Shown in pieces: positions 9,315 through 16,847 of a stretch of 64,000 bases of DNA (position 1 is the first letter of the stretch; every line of letters starts with the position of its first letter). Under the pieces are notes generated by a model. The model saw nothing but the letters and a program-made list of their open reading frames with translations. It did no database searches and was not told where the DNA came from. The translations under genes and the position numbers were made by a program. Origin of the DNA: Cyclobacteriaceae bacterium (GTDB taxonomy: Bacteria > Bacteroidota > Bacteroidia > Cytophagales > Cyclobacteriaceae). Where the stretch lies: positions 41,170-105,169 of the forward strand of contig JAVKDB010000023.1 of NCBI GenBank assembly GCA_040222475.1, given 5' to 3'.

Positions 9315-9559
9315 TGCCTGTTGTGGGCCATAAGCCCTTTCTTGGAGGCCAGATAGAAATAAAATTTAAATTTATTATTCAAATCTGCCTCTTCTGCCTC
9401 CACTTCCATGCTCTCATATATACGTACCCACCCCTTTTCATAAAGTCGGATCAAAACCTCTCTTAACCTCTCCTCTCCCAGGTCCAGACGATCTTGAAGT
9501 TCACTGTAAGAAATTACAAAGTACAGTTCATCCAATACATCAAATTCATCATCTTCCAT
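9311..9559 (-). CDS. small acidic soluble protein, possibly winged-helix-like
   Basis: 82 aa from ATG 9559 (the track adds one TTG codon). Overlaps both neighbours (TGATG upstream, ATGA downstream). No motif I recognise. Confidence 0.55.
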   Translation of the reverse strand: MEDDEFDVLDELYFVISYSELQDRLDLGEERLREVLIRLYEKGWVRIYESMEVEAEEADLNNKFKFYFYLASKKGLMAHNRQ

Positions 9560-10665
9560 CAATACTTTCTTCCTTTCCAGGTGTACCTCCCAAAGATAGA
9601 GACCACCCCCATGAAAAGGACGTGAAAAGGATAAAATATTTGAAGCGCGAATAAGGGCCAGAAAAGGTTAGTGTTATTCAACAAACTGCCTGATAATTTT
9701 ATGAGCAGATAGTTTGAAGCAAATCTCATTCCGAAAATTAAACTGATTACACCTGTTGATACATTTCCATAAACAGCAGCTATAATTCCCGCCACAAAAA
9801 ACAGGTAATCGGCGAAGAAAAGTACCGCTGTATATCTCAGTTTGATATTTTTATTATATCTCCATTTACTTACCCACCTTAGCCGTTGATTAACAAATTT
9901 TCCAAATGAAGAATGTGCCTGTGTTTTTACCAATGCCCCTTTTGATTTTAGAAACCTTCCTGACTCAGGAAATGCTTTCATAATATCATAAAGCAGAAAT
10001 TCGTCATCTCCGGAAGGAATTTGAAGATTTCCCTCATAGCCTCCTACCTGCACAAATGCCTGTTTTCTGAATCCCAGGTTTGCACCACTGCACATACTTG
10101 GATTGTTTGAAGAAAGCGTGACTCCCCCAAACGCCATCATTCCTGCAAACTCTGCCCTTTGCATGCTTGCAAAGACACCCTTTCCTTCAAGTTCAACCGG
10201 ACCGGCCACAATTTGCACATGTTCCGAAAAGGCATAATCAAACGACTGAATCCATTCACTATTGATTCGGCAATCTGCATCGGTCGTAAGGATTAAATCA
10301 TTTCCGGCTACTTCCACTCCTTTCGTTAAAGCATACTTTTTCCCTTTGAGCATTTCATCTGAAAGGCGTATGATTTTCAAATCCAGATCCGATGTTTTTG
10401 TGAATTCCTCCACAGCCTCTTTAGTGCCATCATCAGAAAAATCATCCACCACTATTACTTCGAATTGATCTTTAGAATAACTCTGATTCACCATGTCGGC
10501 AAGGATATTCCTTATGTTTTCGACTTCATTTCTTGCGGGGATAATGACTGAAAAATATTGCCCCCTTTTATTTGCCGTGATAAATGGGATTTTTCGCCAT
10601 TTCCAGGCCAGAATCAAATAAAAAAAGACATGTACAATGGTAAAAACACCAGTCAGAAAAATCAT
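9559..10665 (-). CDS. membrane-embedded family-2 glycosyltransferase with QxxRW motif
   Basis: 368 aa. N-terminal TM, VIIPARNE, VVDDFSDDGT, TTDADC (DxD), GDDEF, QRLRW, then about 4 C-terminal TM helices. Confidence 0.85.
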   Translation of the reverse strand: MIFLTGVFTIVHVFFYLILAWKWRKIPFITANKRGQYFSVIIPARNEVENIRNILADMVNQSYSKDQFEVIVVDDFSDDGTKEAVEEFTKTSDLDLKIIRLSDEMLKGKKYALTKGVEVAGNDLILTTDADCRINSEWIQSFDYAFSEHVQIVAGPVELEGKGVFASMQRAEFAGMMAFGGVTLSSNNPSMCSGANLGFRKQAFVQVGGYEGNLQIPSGDDEFLLYDIMKAFPESGRFLKSKGALVKTQAHSSFGKFVNQRLRWVSKWRYNKNIKLRYTAVLFFADYLFFVAGIIAAVYGNVSTGVISLIFGMRFASNYLLIKLSGSLLNNTNLFWPLFALQIFYPFHVLFMGVVSIFGRYTWKGRKY

Positions 10666-11570
10666 CAGGCAATTTTAATTCTTAAATTCCAGATAAGGAC
10701 AACTCCTATAATTGAAGGCAGCACAGTATTGATTATCCATAAAATGAATACCGGATAAATGACCAGTTGAATATCAGGAACCAGGTTTTCAAAAAAGAAA
10801 AAAGCGGAAACTTCCCGCAGACCCAGCCCTCCAAATAATGTTGGTACAGCTGTCCGTATAAAAAAAATCCAGCCAACTCCTGCAATGATTAATGTAGCGC
10901 TCAATTCCGGGAGGACGATTTTAAACAGAACAAAAAATTGTATGAGAAAAACAACATACCTGACCAGTGAAACGGCTATTATTTTAAAAAGTAATCTTCG
11001 CTTCAATTCATAAAAGTAACTGACGAATTTTACGAGAATCTTTTTCAGCATAAAGAGCAGGGAAATAACCGCCAGAACAGCGATGGAAACAACAGTCAGA
11101 CTTATTGAATACTCCATATAAATTACTATTCCGTATAGCCCGACCAATAAAGTCAGGATAAGCATGATGCTCCGATTGAGGAGAATGGCAGAGGTGGCCT
11201 TGTATTTATCTTTTTTTGACGCAAGCCGGATAAGAAAATCTCCAGTAGTAAATGGTCCGATCCAGTTCATTGCCAGTCCGCCCAGCACATCAGCAGCTGC
11301 GTCATTGAATCTTATTGACTCAAAGGGTTCTAATGATATTTTCCATCGAAAAATCTCAAGGTACCAGTTAAGAATCATCAATGGCACCTGAAGAAAGAGG
11401 GCCGGATAAAACCAGTCCGGAAGATTGATCTTCCCTTCAAAAAGATTTCTCTCCTGAAGCTGATAATACATGAAAGTAAGACAGACAAGTGTTATCCCAA
11501 GCCTGATCCATGTAAGTATCTGCTTCCTGGTTTTACCAGCATCTATTGAGGTGATATTCTTAACTTGCAT
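10665..11570 (-). CDS. UPF0104 / lysyl-PG-synthase-TM (MprF flippase-like) family membrane protein
   Basis: 301 aa polytopic membrane protein. Composition and its pairing with a GT2 gene are typical of this family. 1-nt overlap with the GT2 start. Confidence 0.7.
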   Translation of the reverse strand: MQVKNITSIDAGKTRKQILTWIRLGITLVCLTFMYYQLQERNLFEGKINLPDWFYPALFLQVPLMILNWYLEIFRWKISLEPFESIRFNDAAADVLGGLAMNWIGPFTTGDFLIRLASKKDKYKATSAILLNRSIMLILTLLVGLYGIVIYMEYSISLTVVSIAVLAVISLLFMLKKILVKFVSYFYELKRRLLFKIIAVSLVRYVVFLIQFFVLFKIVLPELSATLIIAGVGWIFFIRTAVPTLFGGLGLREVSAFFFFENLVPDIQLVIYPVFILWIINTVLPSIIGVVLIWNLRIKIA

Positions 11571-11572
11571 TC

Positions 11573-12130
11573 GTGATCAAAAAAGAGAAAATCATTCTGG
11601 GTATTGATCCTGGCACGAATGTAATGGGTTACGGACTTATTAAGTGTATTGGACAGCAAATGGAAATTATCCAGTTTGGAGTTATCCACTTATCTAAATA
11701 CAAGAATCATGAAGTGAAGCTTCAAAAGATTTTCCAAAGAGTTTCGAGCATTATAGAAGAGTACATTCCGGATGAGGTTGCACTTGAATCACCATTTTTT
11801 GGGAAAGACGTTCAGGCTATGCTAAAGCTTGGTCGGGCACAGGGTGTTGCAATGGCAGCAGCCTTACATAAGGAAATTCCCATCAATGAATACGCTCCAA
11901 GAAAAATCAAGCAATCAGTAACCGGTAATGGAAATTCAAGCAAGGAACAGGTCGCGGCTATGCTCAAAAACCTTTTGAAATTTGAAGAAAACCCCAAACT
12001 TTTAGATGCTACTGATGCCCTGGCTGTTGCCGTCTGTCATCATTTTTCATTTAAAGTCGGAACTAATGGAAAATCCGGCTCATCCAGCTGGAAGTCCTTT
12101 ATTTCAGAGAATCCTAAGCGGATTAAATAA
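11573..12130 (+). CDS. ruvC: Holliday junction resolvase RuvC
   Basis: 185 aa with a GTG start. ILGIDPGTNVMGYG, ESPFFGK and DATDALAVAVCH motifs. Confidence 0.9.
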   Translation: MIKKEKIILGIDPGTNVMGYGLIKCIGQQMEIIQFGVIHLSKYKNHEVKLQKIFQRVSSIIEEYIPDEVALESPFFGKDVQAMLKLGRAQGVAMAAALHKEIPINEYAPRKIKQSVTGNGNSSKEQVAAMLKNLLKFEENPKLLDATDALAVAVCHHFSFKVGTNGKSGSSSWKSFISENPKRIK

Positions 12131-12526
12131 TCAGCTTATTGCTGCACGGATCTTTTTTGCAGTATCAGCGAGCTCATCAGCCGTTGGGGATAGCTTCATT
12201 CTGCTGAAGTTCATATCATCTACCGAATTGATTGGAATTAAATGAATATGAGCGTGCGGAACCTCCAGACCAATAACGGAAACACCAACTCTCTCACAAT
12301 CAGTAACAGTATCTATTGCAAGGGCAACTTTCTTAGCAAAAAGATTCAGTCCGGCTAAAGTCTCATCATCAAGATCAAACAGATAGTCCACTTCAAGTTT
12401 TGGTATCACAAGGGTGTGCCCCTCAGAAAGTGGATTGATATCAAGAAAAGCCAGGTAGTTATCATCCTCGGCAATAATGTGCGCAGGTATTTCCCGATTG
12501 ATGATACGTGTAAAAATGCTGGCCAT
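12131..12526 (-). CDS. HIT-family nucleotide hydrolase/transferase
   Basis: 131 aa with histidine triad HAHIHLIP. Abuts the ruvC stop with a 0-nt gap (convergent). Confidence 0.9.
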   Translation of the reverse strand: MASIFTRIINREIPAHIIAEDDNYLAFLDINPLSEGHTLVIPKLEVDYLFDLDDETLAGLNLFAKKVALAIDTVTDCERVGVSVIGLEVPHAHIHLIPINSVDDMNFSRMKLSPTADELADTAKKIRAAIS

Positions 12527-12996
12527 TAAATGGAGATGTCAAGGATTTCAAATTCCATCTCTCCGGCAGGCACTTTGATTTTCGCTTTTTCACCTTTTTT
12601 CTTACCCAAAAGACCCTTGCCTATAGGCGACTGAACAGATATTTTTCCAGACTTCAAATCTGCTTCCTCCTCGGCAACCAGTTGATAGGTGATCTCCATT
12701 CCATTGGAATTATTCCTTATTTTAACAGAAGACAAAATAGAAACCTGAGAGGTATCAATAGAAGACTCGTCAATCTCCCTGGCATTTCCCACAACTGTCT
12801 CAAGTTTGGAAATTTTCAGCTCCATAAGGCCCTGAGCTTCCTTGGCAGCATCGTATTCTGCATTCTCACTCAAATCTCCTTTATCACGTGCCTCTGCAAT
12901 CTGCCTGGACATATCCTTACGTCCTTTTGTTTTTAATTCATGAAGCTCGTCCTTGAGCTTCTGCAATCCTTCTTTTGTATAATAGTTAACAGCCAT
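12526..12996 (-). CDS. greA: transcription elongation factor GreA
   Basis: Starts at ATG 12996 (MAVNYYTKEGLQKLKDEL..., 156 aa). The track extension to TTG 13074 runs through a promoter box and a terminator hairpin and is rejected. Confidence 0.9.
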   Translation of the reverse strand: MAVNYYTKEGLQKLKDELHELKTKGRKDMSRQIAEARDKGDLSENAEYDAAKEAQGLMELKISKLETVVGNAREIDESSIDTSQVSILSSVKIRNNSNGMEITYQLVAEEEADLKSGKISVQSPIGKGLLGKKKGEKAKIKVPAGEMEFEILDISI

Positions 12997-13012
12997 TGTA
13001 CTCTCCCCTTTA

Positions 13013-13046
13013 AACAAAAAAGAACGGCCTCTGATCTGAAGCCGTT
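13013..13046 (-). terminator. intrinsic terminator/attenuator in the greA leader
   Basis: Minus strand reads AACGGC(ttc agatca gag)GCCGTT C TTTTTT G TTT. The U-run ends about 19 nt before the greA ATG. Confidence 0.5.
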
Positions 13047-13071
13047 GCTCTTGTTGATTTTTTATGTAATG

Positions 13072-13079
13072 CAAATATA
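13072..13079 (-). promoter_or_regulatory. Bacteroidota-type -7 box TATATTTG (putative greA promoter)
   Basis: Exact match to TAnnTTTG on the minus strand, 75 nt upstream of the greA ATG and upstream of the leader hairpin. Confidence 0.4.
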
Positions 13080-13247
13080 AACCAAATAATGGTCTGAAAT
13101 CAAAATTTTAGCGGATTATCAATAACTCTTACCGAAGCTTTTGTACTAAAGATCGTAGAATTTCATCCATCTGACGTAAATGAAAATATTATCAATTGAT
13201 AAGATATACCTTGCATTCTCTTAAGCGAAAACATTTTAGTATTACCC

Positions 13248-13754
13248 ATGACACACCCTTTTCATCAGCATCCTGGAAATCAGGATACAAGTTCCGGTTT
13301 ACACCACCAAACTGTACTTAAAGATGTTGAGCAAATAAAGATTGCCAACTTCATCGTTCAGGAAAACATCAAAGGCAGCACATTTGAACTGGATAAAATC
13401 AATAATATATCCAAAGTAAAATGGTCTGGAAACGTTGATCTGGCAACAGCTGCAAAATTGCTAACACTGGGAGGTGATTCGGTCGAACATCAGGGATTCA
13501 CGAAATTATGTGTTGACCGATTTGAATTAAAAGAATTTGATACCGCAGCAAGAGTCTGGATAAAAGAGATGCTCAAAACGAGAGCAAAACGTCTTGCAAA
13601 AAAGGTTGAAAAACTTGCAATTATTAATGCAGAATCTTCCATGGGAGGGATTTTCAGCAATATGCTTACATCTTCAATAAGCCTTCTGATGCCTGGCTTA
13701 ACGATCAAAAAGTTCGATGATAGAGAAGAAGCGATTAACTGGCTATTGGAGTAA
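13248..13754 (+). CDS. hypothetical protein with STAS/SpoIIAA-like C-terminal half (tentative)
   Basis: 168 aa. The C-terminal pattern (KVKWSGNVDL...FDTAARVWIKEML...LAIINAES...KKFDDREEAINWLLE) resembles SpoIIAA-like/STAS proteins. This is recognition only. Confidence 0.45.
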   Translation: MTHPFHQHPGNQDTSSGLHHQTVLKDVEQIKIANFIVQENIKGSTFELDKINNISKVKWSGNVDLATAAKLLTLGGDSVEHQGFTKLCVDRFELKEFDTAARVWIKEMLKTRAKRLAKKVEKLAIINAESSMGGIFSNMLTSSISLLMPGLTIKKFDDREEAINWLLE

Positions 13755-14690
13755 ATCTAAGGCCAGAATTTTCTCGGCGAGAACCTGACTGATTTTCTGA
13801 TAAGATTCAACTGTCCAGCCGGCAACATGCGGAGTGAATATAACATGATCAGATTTTGCTAACTCTTCTAAAATCTCTTTATCTGGTCCTGCAAGAGAGG
13901 CAATGGTTTCTTTCTCCAAAACATCAAGTCCCAATCTGATCAACCTTTTATCTCTTATCATTTCCAAAACGTCTGCCAGTTTCAACACTTCTCCTCGGGC
14001 TGTGTTCAGAATGATTTTGAGTTTTGGATATAAATCCAGTTCTGCTTTTGAGAACAAAAACTGTGTTTCACCGGTCAGTGGAATGTGGATGCTTAAAATT
14101 TCCACACGCCTTCTAAATTCATTCAGGTCAACTTCAGTGACCGTATTTTCCGAAAAGCCATTTTTGTATTTATCATAGGCAAGCACACTACATTCCAGCC
14201 CGCTTAGCTTTTTAGCAAACGATTTACCGGCGTTTCCATAACCGTAGATACCCACAACTTTCCCGTTCAATTCATACCCTCGATTACCTTCCCGATCCCA
14301 TATTCCGCTTTTTACTTCCTGGTTCGCTTTTGAAATGTTGTTCAATAAATTGAGTAACATACCCAATGCATGTTCTCCTACAGCATCTCTGTTCCCTTCA
14401 GGAGCATTTATCACCTTAATGCCTTTTTCTTCCAGATAAGCGCTATCCAGCTGGTCCAGACCAGCCCCGGCTCTTGCTACAAACTTCAGTCTCTCTCCTT
14501 TATCAATAAGTTCTTTGTCAACTACTGTTTTACTTCTGATGATAAGACCTGAGTAATCAGAAATGGACGATAAAATCTTTTCCCTGGTAATATCCGGGGC
14601 ATACTCAGGAGTAAAGCCTGCCTCCTTCAATAGAGGCATAATGCTTTCATGCATTTTATCAGCAATAAGAATCCGACTATTCTGATTCAT
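13743..14690 (-). CDS. D-isomer-specific 2-hydroxyacid dehydrogenase (phosphoglycerate-dehydrogenase-like)
   Basis: 315 aa. NAD fold GIYGYGNAGKS, catalytic-domain pattern NTARG...TPHVAGWT. Confidence 0.85.
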   Translation of the reverse strand: MNQNSRILIADKMHESIMPLLKEAGFTPEYAPDITREKILSSISDYSGLIIRSKTVVDKELIDKGERLKFVARAGAGLDQLDSAYLEEKGIKVINAPEGNRDAVGEHALGMLLNLLNNISKANQEVKSGIWDREGNRGYELNGKVVGIYGYGNAGKSFAKKLSGLECSVLAYDKYKNGFSENTVTEVDLNEFRRRVEILSIHIPLTGETQFLFSKAELDLYPKLKIILNTARGEVLKLADVLEMIRDKRLIRLGLDVLEKETIASLAGPDKEILEELAKSDHVIFTPHVAGWTVESYQKISQVLAEKILALDLLQ

Positions 14691-16051
14691 AAATTGTAAA
14701 GTAGATGTGCTACTGAGAAGTAGACAGCCAATCCGAGTAAATCGTTCGTTGTGGTAATAAAAGGACCGGAAGCCAGGGCAGGATTTACTCCAATTTTATT
14801 GAGCACAAGAGGAGTAACCGTTCCCATGAAGGACGCAAGTAAAACCACAGAAAAAAGCGCAATGGCAACTGTTCCAGCCAGAGACTGATCTCGCGAAAAA
14901 AGCATCACTGCCCCAAATACCATCAATGCGAGAATGACTCCATTAACTGCCGCAACGAAAAAAACCTTAATCAGACGTCTTAACATGCTATCCGCAAAAA
15001 CATTGGGATTGGCCAGGCTCTGAACCACAATCGAAGACGACTGAATCCCAACATTCCCGCCAGAAGCGGTAATTAGTGGAATGAAAAACGCCAATGCCGG
15101 GACGATCACAATCTCTTCCCTGAAGAATCCCATGAATTGGGCTCCAACCAGTCCACCTGCCATTCCAATAATCAACCAGGGCAATCGTGCTTTTGAAATT
15201 CTCCAGACTGAATCATCTTCCTCTACATCGGAACTCACTCCGGTCATCAATTGACGCTCCTCTTCCGCATTTTCGGTAATCACATCAATTACATCATCAA
15301 TGGTGATTCTTCCAACCAGTTTGCCACGAGCATTCACAACGGGAACTGCTTCCAGATCATACTTTTGCATAATGCTTGCAACCTCTTCTTCGCTGGTTGA
15401 TGTTTCGACCGACACCAATTCCTCATCATATATATCCGCAACTTTAGCTTTGTCATTTGCAAGAATCAATTTCTTTAATCCCACCTTTCCGATCAGGTCA
15501 CCCCTATCATTAATTACATAAACGGAATAGATTTTCTCCACATTCTCGGCCTGCTTTCTGATCTCTTCAATGCATTGCAAAATATTCCAGTTATTGTTGG
15601 CTTTTATCAGCTCCTTGGCCATCAAACCACCTGCCACATCTTCATCATACTCAAGCAGTTCCATCAGATTGGAAGCCTTCTCTTCATCATCAATCTGCCG
15701 AATGACCTCATTCCGATCAGATACAGGCATATCATATAGCAAGTCTGTCCCGTCATCTGAATCCATGAACTCTACGAATAAGGCCAGCTCTTTCGCGGAA
15801 AATTGCTTTATGAACTGTTCTCTTACATCCTGCTCAAGTTCTTCAAGAATTTCCGCATTGATCTCTGGTGATAACAGATCAAAAACATATTTGCACTCCT
15901 CTGCATCAAATTCATCCAGAAGCGCTGAAATATCCACCGCGTTAACACCCGCAAGACTTGTAGTAATGAAGGTTGCTTCGCGATTCTCCAAAGCCTGCTT
16001 AAAACGTTCTCTGAATTCTACCGATAACTCAAACGTATTCACTGCTTCCAT
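14687..16051 (-). CDS. mgtE: magnesium transporter MgtE
   Basis: 454 aa. N-domain, tandem CBS pair, 5-TM C-terminus with PFITTTNDLLGL motif. Confidence 0.92.
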   Translation of the reverse strand: MEAVNTFELSVEFRERFKQALENREATFITTSLAGVNAVDISALLDEFDAEECKYVFDLLSPEINAEILEELEQDVREQFIKQFSAKELALFVEFMDSDDGTDLLYDMPVSDRNEVIRQIDDEEKASNLMELLEYDEDVAGGLMAKELIKANNNWNILQCIEEIRKQAENVEKIYSVYVINDRGDLIGKVGLKKLILANDKAKVADIYDEELVSVETSTSEEEVASIMQKYDLEAVPVVNARGKLVGRITIDDVIDVITENAEEERQLMTGVSSDVEEDDSVWRISKARLPWLIIGMAGGLVGAQFMGFFREEIVIVPALAFFIPLITASGGNVGIQSSSIVVQSLANPNVFADSMLRRLIKVFFVAAVNGVILALMVFGAVMLFSRDQSLAGTVAIALFSVVLLASFMGTVTPLVLNKIGVNPALASGPFITTTNDLLGLAVYFSVAHLLYNL

Positions 16052-16806
16052 CCGGAGGTGATTTTTGTGGTAAGTGAAATAAACTCGGAAACAGACAGTT
16101 GCTCAGCTCTTGCATTCAGGACTTCCAGACCTATAACCGAGTCGGACAAATTTATGTCTTTCAAGGCATTGCGCAAGGTTTTTCTCCTCTTCCCAAAGCC
16201 TGCTTTAACAACTCTCTTAAAGTGGTCCTCATCACAGCTAAGTTGTATGATTTCGTTCCTCTTTAGCCGAATCACTGCCGAATTCACCCGAGGGGGTGGA
16301 TGAAATACTTCCGGGGGGACGGTGAATAAATACTCAATGGAGAAAAAAGCCTGAAGAAGAACACTTAGAATGCCATATGTTTTTGAACCCTCACCTGCAC
16401 AAATCCGATCTGCCACCTCCTTTTGAATCATACAGACCACCTCATTTACCCTGCTGCGATCGTCCCAAAATTTAAAAAAAAGCTGAGATGAAATGTTGTA
16501 TGGAAAATTTCCTATAACTGAATAAGTCTCATCAATATCAGCTTTAAGAAAATCTTTTAATAAAAACTTTTCAGAATGTTCCGGGTAGATCTTTTTTAAA
16601 TAGTCTACTGATTCTGCATCGACATCCATTGCCTGGAAATCCTTTATACTTCCATCAATCAGATATTTGGTTAATACCCCGGTCCCGGGTCCGACTTCAA
16701 TAACTTTTCCCTCCCTGACTGACAAAGCCTTCACAATTTTCAGGGCAATATTTTCATCTTTTAAAAAATGCTGTCCTAAATGTTTTTTTGGTTTTACACT
16801 TGCCAA
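16039..16806 (-). CDS. rsmA: 16S rRNA (adenine1518/1519-N6)-dimethyltransferase RsmA/KsgA
   Basis: 255 aa. KKHLGQHFL, EVGPGTGVLT and GNFPYNISS motifs. The start appears to be TTG. Confidence 0.9.
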   Translation of the reverse strand: MASVKPKKHLGQHFLKDENIALKIVKALSVREGKVIEVGPGTGVLTKYLIDGSIKDFQAMDVDAESVDYLKKIYPEHSEKFLLKDFLKADIDETYSVIGNFPYNISSQLFFKFWDDRSRVNEVVCMIQKEVADRICAGEGSKTYGILSVLLQAFFSIEYLFTVPPEVFHPPPRVNSAVIRLKRNEIIQLSCDEDHFKRVVKAGFGKRRKTLRNALKDINLSDSVIGLEVLNARAEQLSVSEFISLTTKITSGWKQ

Positions 16807-16847
16807 CTTATCTCAGGTTATTATATTCAATGTTGTTAAAGTAATCA

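Noticed and set aside
12997-13074. N-terminal 26-aa extension of the GreA ORF in the supplied track (MHYIKNQQEQRLQIRGRSFLFKGEST).
   Set aside because: It starts at a TTG and reads through a -7 box and a terminator hairpin. The ATG at 12996 gives a normal GreA N-terminus.
15570-16061. 163-aa Ser-rich plus-strand ORF antisense to mgtE, and a similar 73-aa ORF at 15300-15521.
   Set aside because: Their Ser-rich low complexity is what is expected from reading an acidic (Glu/Asp-rich) gene backwards, and MgtE is unambiguous on the other strand.
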